Of a DNA stretch of 64,000 bases, positions 26,462 to 34,588 are shown in pieces (within the stretch, counting starts at the first letter, position 1; every line of letters begins with the position of its first letter). The stretch lies in NCBI GenBank assembly GCA_017642445.1, contig JAGCPA010000060.1:11797-75796 (forward strand), in the 5' to 3' direction. The position numbers were made by a program, and so were the translations under genes. Below the pieces are notes generated by a model. That model worked only from the letters and a program-made list of their open reading frames with translations, searched no databases and had not been told where the DNA came from. Source of the stretch: Spirochaetia bacterium. GTDB lineage: Bacteria; Spirochaetota; Spirochaetia; CADAEX01.

Positions 26462-27469
26462 TCACTTCCTATTTTTTCTTGATTCAAGAAGTTTCTGTGT
26501 TTTCTTAACTGAATCCAAAAAATCTTTTTCAACCTGAGAAAGTTCATCCTTATTCTGTTTTCTATATTTTATATACTCATTTCTTGCTTTTTCCAAAGCC
26601 ATTTCGTGAGAAATAGAGCCTGCATTCTGCAGGACTTCACTATCACTCATTCGTAGAAAATCATCAAGTTTTGCAATCCAATCCTGCATTGTCATGGTCT
26701 TATGCCGTAAGGCTTGCAATTCTGCGAAATCAAGGTATGCAGATGAAATTGCATTCAGTTCCTTCAGTTCTTGTTCGCTTAAATAGTTTTTAGCTGTAAT
26801 AATTTCAGATTTCTGAGGATGTTTGCTTTTAAAATTTGTCAATCCCATAAACGGCTTTGAACTGTCTGCACGCAAATAAATAATTTCTGGGGCAGTATGT
26901 CCACTGACAGCAAAATGCATTTTGTTTTGTACCGTTTTAAAAAACAAGATGCTGGTTTCAGAGTTTTTATCATAGTCAATACTTGTTGCATAGATATCAA
27001 GAATTTGTCTATAAAAAACTCTTTCACTGGAACGGATATCACGAATCCTTTCCAAAAGTTCTTTAAAGTAGTCTCCTCCTCCCGATGATTTCAACAAATC
27101 ATCATTCATCGCAAACCCTTTGATAAGATACTCTTTCAATACATTATTTGCCCAAATCCGGAATTGTGTACCACGAAGAGATTTGACCCTATACCCAACA
27201 GAAATAATAACATCGAGACTATAGTAATCAACATCATATGTTTTACCATCAGATGCAGTTGTTGCAATTTTTGCAACAACTGATTTTCTGCTTAATTCTC
27301 CTTCTTCAAAAACATTTTTGATATGTCTTGAGATTGTAGATTTATCTCTTTGAAAAAGTTCTGACATTTGATCTTGGCTAAGCCAAACAGTATCGTTTTC
27401 AACTTTCACATCAATTTTAGTCAAACCGTCTTCGGTTTGGTACATTATAATCTGATTGTTGTCACTCAT
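26462..27469 (-). CDS. RhuM family virulence/Fic-related protein
   Basis: Conserved RhuM core (DYYSLDVIISVGYRVKS, GTQFRIWANNVLKEYLIKGF); start moved to the ATG with a GGAGGG RBS. Confidence 0.65.
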   Translation of the reverse strand: MSDNNQIIMYQTEDGLTKIDVKVENDTVWLSQDQMSELFQRDKSTISRHIKNVFEEGELSRKSVVAKIATTASDGKTYDVDYYSLDVIISVGYRVKSLRGTQFRIWANNVLKEYLIKGFAMNDDLLKSSGGGDYFKELLERIRDIRSSERVFYRQILDIYATSIDYDKNSETSILFFKTVQNKMHFAVSGHTAPEIIYLRADSSKPFMGLTNFKSKHPQKSEIITAKNYLSEQELKELNAISSAYLDFAELQALRHKTMTMQDWIAKLDDFLRMSDSEVLQNAGSISHEMALEKARNEYIKYRKQNKDELSQVEKDFLDSVKKTQKLLESRKNRK

Positions 27470-27498
27470 ATTCCCTCCATAACCGCACTCAGCATTGT

Positions 27499-27660
27499 TC
27501 ATTGCCTTCCCAATGTCGAAATAGCAATTATAAACAATTCATCCCAGTTTTTTGCATGGTCTACTGCTTGTTTCAACAGTTCCTTTTCTGTTTCTGTAAA
27601 TGGACGATTACTTTTTTCGATGGCAAGCTTACAAAACAGCTTAATCTGTTGTTCATTCAT
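27499..27660 (-). CDS. small hypothetical protein (53 aa) between hsdS and the RhuM gene
   Basis: ORF MNEQQIKLFCKLAIEKSNRPFTETEKELLKQAVDHAKNWDELFIIAISTLGRQ, hand-translated and below the ORF-track cutoff; its start lies 4 nt after the hsdS stop. Confidence 0.25.
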   Translation of the reverse strand: MNEQQIKLFCKLAIEKSNRPFTETEKELLKQAVDHAKNWDELFIIAISTLGRQ

Positions 27661-27663
27661 ATC

Positions 27664-28932
27664 TTATACCCTCACGATTCCGTTCAGAAGATATTGTTGT
27701 AATGCTTTACGCTGAAGTGTTAATATATCTAATTTGTCCCTTTCTAATTGGATATTTTTATTAATCATCTCAAAGATATTAAGTATTTTTTCCCACTTGG
27801 TTGAATTTGGGACACACATTTTAATATCTTTTAATTCATCAAAAGCAAGCGTATCACGTACACTCCCTGCCAATCGAGATTTGATCTCATATTTACCCCT
27901 ATTAGTATTGAGAAGAAGCAAGAAGAATTTTGGATCAATGCTATTACACTTAAACACTGTATACATTGGGCTAATAATCCCTTCTTCTTTTTCTTCATAT
28001 ACCGCTATTGATCCAACATTGATTCTTGAAGGATTGTAGGCTACATAATTCTTTTTAACAATTTTATAGTGCGAAACATTCTCGCTTGCCACTTGCTTTG
28101 AAAACTGCTCCTCTTGATCAATAAAGCCCTGCGAGTTAGATATGCTTTTTACACGTTTATTTTTCCCTTTGTTTCTCTCATTTTTTTCGACAATGTAATC
28201 AGCAAATCTAATGGTAACATCACATCTTTCTGGGGCAAAACATTGTTGCAACACCGAGCGTTCCTTTGAAATCAATCTGTTAATAAGTATTTCCTGCAAC
28301 TCAATTGCTTTGTCCCATTTCATAAGAATTTCTGCAATTTTTGATTGCTCTTCAGTAGATTTTGGATAAGCAACATGTATTTTAGACAATGTATCCCTGT
28401 TTAATCCATACACCTTAAATCCCGAAGCCAATTTCTGAAATTGTTTTTTTGTTGATTCAGAGGAGGTAATATACTGCTTATACCATTTAGTAATACTTAC
28501 ACTTTTTGATTTTCCGTAAATAATATGCAATCCGGCAATGAACGGTTTGTTATCTGGATTATCAATTAATACGGCACGAGACGTTCCCTCCAAATCTTCT
28601 GATGCGTCAAGAAAAGCAACATCTCCGTCTTTCATCAAGCACGTTTCTTTACCAGTCAAATTTATATCGCACTTAGGCAACTGTTCATACTGTTCAAAAG
28701 ACACCTTATTGAATGATCCTCTGTGCAAATCTCCATAGTGAAGATACGGATATCCTATTTCACCAAGTTCTTCGCGTGACTTGCTGAGCCCTCCATAGAA
28801 ATCAAACAAATCTCCAAGTGATTTATCAGTCTCCCAATCATACGGGAAAACACCGAAATCGGTTTTCTTATATCCGTTCGGTTTCTCGCCGTTTTTCAGT
28901 TGATCAATACGTTGTTTAATCTCTGATTTCAT
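27664..28932 (-). CDS. hsdS: Type I restriction-modification specificity subunit S (two TRDs)
   Basis: About 420 aa; conserved central and C-terminal HsdS coiled-coil repeats (LEEQSKIAEIL..., LQRKALQQYLLNG); the ATG with a GGAG RBS is preferred over the TTG in the ORF track. Confidence 0.85.
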   Translation of the reverse strand: MKSEIKQRIDQLKNGEKPNGYKKTDFGVFPYDWETDKSLGDLFDFYGGLSKSREELGEIGYPYLHYGDLHRGSFNKVSFEQYEQLPKCDINLTGKETCLMKDGDVAFLDASEDLEGTSRAVLIDNPDNKPFIAGLHIIYGKSKSVSITKWYKQYITSSESTKKQFQKLASGFKVYGLNRDTLSKIHVAYPKSTEEQSKIAEILMKWDKAIELQEILINRLISKERSVLQQCFAPERCDVTIRFADYIVEKNERNKGKNKRVKSISNSQGFIDQEEQFSKQVASENVSHYKIVKKNYVAYNPSRINVGSIAVYEEKEEGIISPMYTVFKCNSIDPKFFLLLLNTNRGKYEIKSRLAGSVRDTLAFDELKDIKMCVPNSTKWEKILNIFEMINKNIQLERDKLDILTLQRKALQQYLLNGIVRV

Positions 28933-28936
28933 CTTG

Positions 28937-29698
28937 TTACTCCGGCTTAACAAATACTTTCAAGAATTCTTTATGCGCTGATTCTAAATCCTTTTTTATT
29001 CCGACTGGATTTCCAAGTAATCCTTCCGGATCATAAACAAAACAATACAACTGCTTACAATCCGGGTGCGTTTTATATTTTTCGATGTCGATAATCAGCT
29101 GCTCCCCTAAATCTTTGGCAGACATACTTTTACGTGTTTTCTTAACCTCAATAACGGCTTGTATTTCTTTCAAAAGGAAATCCATTCGTACAGCTCCACC
29201 AGCATAAGAAGGCGTCCACTCTTCTGTTCTCACATCGTCGAAAAACAGAACCAGAAGAGCATGAAGGACATCCTGGACATCATATTCGTCAGACACACAA
29301 ATTGTTTCGCGATTATCATAACGAGTACGTAACTGACGAACAACCTTATGGAATCTATCAAAGATTTGTTCGACAACCTTCCCGCTTGGATCGTTTTGGG
29401 CAACGTTAATATCTATATATTCGTTTTCAATCAGATCAACTAATGTTTTTAATTGGGCTTGAACCCCATCAATATCACGTGGTGCATCATTTCCTGATGT
29501 GCTTATTGACAATATGATTTCCCCCGGAGTGATTTTAATGGCGTTTAAAAAAGCAAGTACCTTGTTCCTCCACGAATCAAATATTTCCTCACGAATATAT
29601 GTTATATCATAGAGGCCTTTATAAGTTGATCGTCTAACTTCTTCGCCTTCTGACGATAACTCTTCTATGATCTTAACTAATTCTTCCTTTTTACACAT
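28937..29698 (-). CDS. PD-(D/E)xK-type nuclease-like protein embedded between hsdM and hsdS
   Basis: 253 aa; C-terminal half carries E..D..(VRMDFLL)..EVK(AVIEVKK)..Q, the restriction-endonuclease-like core; RBS GAGGT; 13 nt after hsdM and 4 nt before hsdS. Confidence 0.4.
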   Translation of the reverse strand: MCKKEELVKIIEELSSEGEEVRRSTYKGLYDITYIREEIFDSWRNKVLAFLNAIKITPGEIILSISTSGNDAPRDIDGVQAQLKTLVDLIENEYIDINVAQNDPSGKVVEQIFDRFHKVVRQLRTRYDNRETICVSDEYDVQDVLHALLVLFFDDVRTEEWTPSYAGGAVRMDFLLKEIQAVIEVKKTRKSMSAKDLGEQLIIDIEKYKTHPDCKQLYCFVYDPEGLLGNPVGIKKDLESAHKEFLKVFVKPE

Positions 29699-29711
29699 TC
29701 TCTTACCTCGT

Positions 29712-31301
29712 TTAATTCAATCCTAATTCTTTAAGATACTTTTCCATCTCTTTTTCAACTTCAGCAATCTGATCTTTCAGTTCAGCAATCTCCGCGTTCA
29801 CGTGATCGATATCAATGATTTCTTCTTCTTCAAAAGTATCGACGTAGCGCGGGATATTCAGGTTGTATTCGTTTTCTTTGATCTCCTCCAGTGAAGCAAC
29901 ATGGCTGTACTTTTCTATCTCAGCGTTTTCACCGTTGCGATACGCTTTGTAAGTATCTACGATCTTCTTAATATCCTCATCACGAAGAACGTTCTTGGCA
30001 CGATCTTTTTTGAATTCTTTTGATGCATCGATAAACAGCACGTCCGTGTTACTGCGGCCTTTTCTGAAAACGATGATACAAGCGGGAATCGACGTACTGT
30101 AGAAAAGGTTTTCCGGCAAACCGATCACAGCGTCGATCAGGTTTTTATCAACGATCGTCTGACGGATGCGGCCTTCACTTGCGCCCCGGAACAGCACGCC
30201 GTGGGGGGCGACAGCGGCAACGCGTCCGTTTCCACTCATACTGGCGATCATGTGGAGCAGAAACGCCCAGTCACCTTTGCTTGCCGGCGGAACACCCATG
30301 TCAAAACGATGCCAGCGGTCGAGCCCGGCTTCCATTTTGAATTCTTTTTTCTTTCCCTTTGTCGCTTTTTCCGTTTCTTCGTCGGCAGGCACTTCGCCTC
30401 CGGGGTTGAATCCTTCAGCCCACTTATCTTTACTGAACGGCATATTTGCGACGATACAGTCGAATTTCATCAGGTTGCCGTCGCTGTCCAGATGCTGCGG
30501 ATTGGCAAGTGTATCACCCCATGCGATTTTAGCGTCCTGGATCCCGTGAATGAACATATTCATCCGCGCCATAGAAATAGCGGAACTGTTCACTTCCTGA
30601 CCGTACATCTGCACCTTGTCAAATCCGCCCTTACGCGCAGCGCGGATCAGCAGTGAGCCGGAACCGCAAGTCGGGTCATACACACGGTCGTTTTCGACAG
30701 GGCTAACGATCTGCGCCATAATCTCGGAAACCTGCTGAGGCGTAAAAAAGCTGCCCGCCTTTTTCCCTGCCAAAGTGGCAAATTCGCCAATCATATACTC
30801 GTAGGCGTCGCCGATGATATCCGCCGGCACCTGATCCTCTTTTACTTCAATGTTACTCGGATGCAAGTCGAGATCGGCAAAATCGTTCAGAAGATTACGA
30901 AGGATAGGGTTCTTTTGCTCTTTTTTTCCAAGGTTGCTTTCGCTGTTAAAATCAATCCCACGGAAAATACCGCTGAGAATAGCGTTGGAACTTTCGATTC
31001 CGATAAGCGCTTCGCTTATCTTTGTTCCGAGATCAGGGGCGAACTGGTTTTCAAGCAAATACTCAAATGTGAACTCTCTCTTGAGATAGAAAGGGAGATT
31101 GGCTATTTGTCTTTCGAGACGGATCCCGCTATATTCTTTTTCAAGTTCTTTTACACTTTCATCGAATGTATCACTCAAGTATTTTACAAAGAACATGGAA
31201 AGAACATAGTCCTTGTAATTGGAAGCATCAATATTATCACGAAATGTATTTGCTCCAGCCCAGAGAGCGCGTTTAATATCATCAAAAGTTGTTTTAGCCA
31301 T
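29712..31301 (-). CDS. hsdM: Type I restriction-modification N6-adenine DNA methyltransferase subunit M
   Basis: 529 aa; HsdM N-terminal domain, SAM motif (VYDPTCGSGSLL) and catalytic NMPF (IVANMPFS). Confidence 0.9.
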   Translation of the reverse strand: MAKTTFDDIKRALWAGANTFRDNIDASNYKDYVLSMFFVKYLSDTFDESVKELEKEYSGIRLERQIANLPFYLKREFTFEYLLENQFAPDLGTKISEALIGIESSNAILSGIFRGIDFNSESNLGKKEQKNPILRNLLNDFADLDLHPSNIEVKEDQVPADIIGDAYEYMIGEFATLAGKKAGSFFTPQQVSEIMAQIVSPVENDRVYDPTCGSGSLLIRAARKGGFDKVQMYGQEVNSSAISMARMNMFIHGIQDAKIAWGDTLANPQHLDSDGNLMKFDCIVANMPFSKDKWAEGFNPGGEVPADEETEKATKGKKKEFKMEAGLDRWHRFDMGVPPASKGDWAFLLHMIASMSGNGRVAAVAPHGVLFRGASEGRIRQTIVDKNLIDAVIGLPENLFYSTSIPACIIVFRKGRSNTDVLFIDASKEFKKDRAKNVLRDEDIKKIVDTYKAYRNGENAEIEKYSHVASLEEIKENEYNLNIPRYVDTFEEEEIIDIDHVNAEIAELKDQIAEVEKEMEKYLKELGLN

Positions 31302-31303
31302 TT

Positions 31304-31873
31304 TTATCTTCCTCCAGATTTACGAAATATTTTATCAATGATGTAATTTGTTCGAATTTCTTCAAGCTCTGCCAACTTTTTTTTCTTCTTTTTCAATTCA
31401 ATACTTTTATACCATAACTCACCTAATACCTGTTGAAGCCTAATGTCCAGGCAAGGAATTTCCAAAACTTCGAGATCAGAACGGCTTATAGATCTCATCA
31501 CTGCACCTATTGAGCTTTCATTAGATAAATTTCTTATTTTATCATTTAAAATCATAGCAAGATACTTTGCATCAACAGAATCATCTGGAGTGACAATAAT
31601 TAAATTATTTCCAGCAAAAGTCATATCCGGGATTGTTTCTATATAATTTACATATGATGGAGTTATGCGTTTAATAATGATATCTTCATTATGAATCTGC
31701 CACTCTGGTTCCGGCAAGATATTATTATTTGCATATTTATAATTTATTTCATTATCTGGTAAAAAATTTGAACAAACAAGCCACTTTGAATAAGTATCTT
31801 GCAATTTTGAACGCGATAATGAAAAGGAGCAAATCTTTATACTCGAAATATCACTTAACTTTTTATTTAGCAT
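31304..31873 (-). CDS. half-size HsdS-like specificity protein (single TRD plus conserved region)
   Basis: About 189 aa from the ATG with an AGAGGG RBS; the C-terminus (LEIPCLDIRLQQVLGELWYKSIELKKKKKKLAELEEI) matches the HsdS conserved region; the longer ORF-track start is probably spurious. Confidence 0.5.
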   Translation of the reverse strand: MLNKKLSDISSIKICSFSLSRSKLQDTYSKWLVCSNFLPDNEINYKYANNNILPEPEWQIHNEDIIIKRITPSYVNYIETIPDMTFAGNNLIIVTPDDSVDAKYLAMILNDKIRNLSNESSIGAVMRSISRSDLEVLEIPCLDIRLQQVLGELWYKSIELKKKKKKLAELEEIRTNYIIDKIFRKSGGR

Positions 31874-31922
31874 AAACCCTCTAAAAAAAGTGCAGTTAGA
31901 TAGAATCCTGCACAGTAAATAA

Positions 31923-32207
31923 TCAATAACGTGGAAGATTTCCCAAGTTGTCTGCTTTGATGTTATTAGCATCAGTACGCAAATATGAATTATCAACTAC
32001 GCGAACATCTTCACCAACATACCAGTTACCATAGCGATAATACTTTGTTTTAACACTGTTCGGATGCTGATTAATGAAATTAATCATATCGTGCTTAGAA
32101 CAAGATTTATATGCCTTGGAATTAAGGTTATCTGTCCAACGCACTTCACTGATATATTCATATCCATATGAGCTTTGAACATAATGAACTGCATCGATAT
32201 AAATCAT
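31923..32207 (-). CDS. DUF3892-like small protein
   Basis: About 94 aa with the C-terminal ADNLGNLP motif; start at the ATG preceded by AAAGGAGG. Confidence 0.45.
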   Translation of the reverse strand: MIYIDAVHYVQSSYGYEYISEVRWTDNLNSKAYKSCSKHDMINFINQHPNSVKTKYYRYGNWYVGEDVRVVDNSYLRTDANNIKADNLGNLPRY

Positions 32208-32444
32208 TGGCACCTCCTTTTTAAAGAATTAGCAAGAAGGGCTCTTGACGAATACATAAAATATGCTAAACTCAAATTATCACTTAAGAGCGTCGTCAAG
32301 ATGCCCGCAGGAGCCCGGATTTCTATCGAATTCGGGCTCCTTCTTACTAGCTTGCATCTTACACGAAAATAATTCCTTTGTCAAGAGGTTTTGAGGGGAA
32401 AAATAAAAAAATGGGGAGCTGTAAATGATTTACGGCAAAATTTT

Positions 32445-32969
32445 ATGACAAATAATACCTTAACTGTGGACCAATTGAATCAAATACATAAGCAATATGC
32501 AACTCTGACAAAGGCATTGATTCAGCACAACATCTCTATCACCACCATGGAAAGCTGCACCAGTGGTCTTATCGCCTCTCTGATTACAGATACAGAAGGA
32601 AGTTCTGCCATCTTCAGGGGGGCGTATATCACCTACTCAAACCAGGCCAAGATCAAGGCCGGGGTACCATCCGAGATAATCGAAAAGTTTGGTGTCTACT
32701 CTATAGAGACAGCAGTGGTTATGGCTACCGCCTGCCGCAAAGCCTTCAGTGCAGACATCGGCATTGGAGTCACCGGTTCTATGGGCAACATAGACCCGGC
32801 CAATGGTGACTCTGTACCAGGAGAAGTTTTTTTTGCCATCGACTTCCGAGGCAACATAACCCAGCACCACATAAAAATACTGCCACAGGAAAGCCGTTTC
32901 GATTACAAGCTTGCTGTGGCAGCTGCAGTGGCAAAAGAAATTAATAAACTAATTCTAATTTATAATTAG
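32445..32969 (+). CDS. CinA C-terminal domain protein (PncC-like NMN amidohydrolase)
   Basis: TMESCTSGLIASLITDTEGSSAIFRGAYITYSNQAKI and GIGVTGSMG motifs; start set at the internal ATG at 32445. Confidence 0.8.
   Translation: MTNNTLTVDQLNQIHKQYATLTKALIQHNISITTMESCTSGLIASLITDTEGSSAIFRGAYITYSNQAKIKAGVPSEIIEKFGVYSIETAVVMATACRKAFSADIGIGVTGSMGNIDPANGDSVPGEVFFAIDFRGNITQHHIKILPQESRFDYKLAVAAAVAKEINKLILIYN
32855..32895 (+). repeat. 41-bp direct repeat, copy 1 (inside the 3' end of the CinA-C gene)
   Basis: CACCACATAAAAATACTGCCACAGGAAAGCCGTTTCGATTA; copy 2 at 34524-34564 differs by one nucleotide. Confidence 0.75.
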
Positions 32970-34405
32970 ACTCTATCCTCTTTTTTTAAAGAATACGTTC
33001 TGTTTTTATTCGAACCATTGGCCAGAATTTTCCCATCTTCGACCAGTTCTGCAAGGTAGTCTTTCGTGCGGGAAACCTTAAGCCCTATAAATAATGCAAT
33101 ATCTTGACTTCGGGCTTCTGGCTGATTAGATAAATAGTCTACTATCATTTCTTTATAATTTATCGCCGATTTATCGCCGATTTTTGGATTTATCGCCGAT
33201 TTATCGCCGATTTTTGGATTTATCACCGATTTATCGCCGATTTTATTATATGAAGGGCGATAAAAATTCACTCTAAGCAGATCACCAATTTCCAAGAATT
33301 CAGGTTTGGGAACCCCATATTCTTCGCATTGGGCAAAAATCCGTTTAAATCCAGAGCCCCAGCCCTCAAGAACATCAATCTTCTCAAGGGTACGGGCAAG
33401 TGTTTTATTGCGTATAGAAGAACGACCGCTCAAAGCTTCTTCCAAAGTCAAAGCGCCATAGATACTGCCCGGCGATGATATTTCGACCCTATCGTCATAA
33501 ACAGCAACCTGAACACTTGAACTCATCTGATAGTTGCGATGGATTACCGCATTAATAATCAACTCGCGAATTGCTTTAGGTGGCAGCTCATATTTTTCTT
33601 CATGCACAATTCCGTTTATCTTTATAGCCATGCTAAGATAGTTCAAGACAAACTTATATGCACTATCTATCTGCTCACAGAGGGGTCCTTCATATTCTTT
33701 CTTATCTAAAAAATCAACCCGTTCTATACCACGAAAGCGCGCACATTGAATGCGTGAAGTATAATCATGCTTTCCTAAAAGAATAGCATAAGCATTTGTG
33801 GCAACATCTTTATTCTTTCCAATTATCAGATTCAGATTCTCTAAATCTTTTCTGATAATCCTGCGGTCAGCCCGATCCGAAAAATCTTTGCAAAGATATT
33901 TAATGTCTGCATCTTCAACTTTTAAATCAGGACAGGGAAATTCATCATAGTAGACATGGCGGCCACGATTTGTAAGCTCATCCAAGGCAGTCCAGTCAGC
34001 GTTTCGTGTTGTTGCTCCTAAGCGGATAAAAGTTCCATTCTCCTTACCCACTGATTTGATGTAATAAGGTGTTGCATTTCCGGGGAACACATTCACAACC
34101 AAAAGCTGCGCCTCATCTACCATTTCAGCTGTTATATCAAACATAATCTGTGGTTCGCACATCTGGCCGATTGTATCTGCAATGTTGTCTTTTAGTTCAA
34201 ATAAATCAATGGTTTTAGCAAGCCCTACAAAATCACGTTTGTTGTTTACTCCTAGAACAAACTTTCCACCAGCACCATTAGCAAAAGCGACAATAGTCTT
34301 TATCCATTTCTGAGAATCCTGAGGAAGTTCTGCTTTATATTCTAATGTACGGTTTTCACCACGCTGGATTTCATCTTGTAATGTCATATTGTCTTGTCTC
34401 CTCAT
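32966..34405 (-). CDS. Schlafen/AlbA_2 N-terminal domain plus HATPase_c_4 C-terminal domain ATP-binding protein
   Basis: 479 aa; N-terminal ENRTLEYKAELPQDS...AFANGAGGKFVLGV (AlbA_2); C-terminal LIINAVIHRNY...VEISSPGS (HATPase_c_4), then IGDKSxINPK repeats. Confidence 0.7.
   Translation of the reverse strand: MRRQDNMTLQDEIQRGENRTLEYKAELPQDSQKWIKTIVAFANGAGGKFVLGVNNKRDFVGLAKTIDLFELKDNIADTIGQMCEPQIMFDITAEMVDEAQLLVVNVFPGNATPYYIKSVGKENGTFIRLGATTRNADWTALDELTNRGRHVYYDEFPCPDLKVEDADIKYLCKDFSDRADRRIIRKDLENLNLIIGKNKDVATNAYAILLGKHDYTSRIQCARFRGIERVDFLDKKEYEGPLCEQIDSAYKFVLNYLSMAIKINGIVHEEKYELPPKAIRELIINAVIHRNYQMSSSVQVAVYDDRVEISSPGSIYGALTLEEALSGRSSIRNKTLARTLEKIDVLEGWGSGFKRIFAQCEEYGVPKPEFLEIGDLLRVNFYRPSYNKIGDKSVINPKIGDKSAINPKIGDKSAINYKEMIVDYLSNQPEARSQDIALFIGLKVSRTKDYLAELVEDGKILANGSNKNRTYSLKKEDRV
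33160..33250. repeat. three tandem 30-bp in-frame repeats in the C-terminal coding region
   Basis: TTATCGCCGATTTTTGGATTTATCGCCGAT units; encode IGDKS(V/A)INPK three times. Confidence 0.75.
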
Positions 34406-34523
34406 TTTTTTATTAAGGACTCGGAAAGCTTCGCATAGAAAATTATAACATGCTTTTAGTCTTTACAAAATAAATTTCCTTTTTTTTAGCAAACAATTTT
34501 TATTATAGTTTTTTTATTATAGC

Positions 34524-34564
34524 CACCACATAAAAATACTGCCACAGGAAAGCTGTTTCGATTA
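34524..34564 (+). repeat. 41-bp direct repeat, copy 2 (intergenic)
   Basis: CACCACATAAAAATACTGCCACAGGAAAGCTGTTTCGATTA; in the CinA reading frame it would read ...HHIKILPQESCFD-stop. Confidence 0.75.
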
Positions 34565-34588
34565 ATACCGCGTTAGGAATTCTATCTC

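Larger units (their letters stand above)
22540..32230. other. AT-rich genomic island carrying a Type I restriction-modification locus
   Basis: Clear drop in GC and change in codon usage relative to the flanks; all genes on the minus strand and tightly packed; no integrase found. Confidence 0.5.

Noticed and set aside
31304-31996. Full 230-aa ORF-track version of the half hsdS
   Set aside because: The first 41 aa (MIIHICVLMLITSKQ...) have no HsdS similarity and would overlap the DUF3892 gene; the internal ATG with an AGAGGG RBS is the more plausible start.
33160-33250. Short tandem repeat array considered as a possible CRISPR-like or minisatellite element
   Set aside because: Only three contiguous 30-nt units with no spacers; they sit in-frame inside a CDS and encode a peptide repeat.
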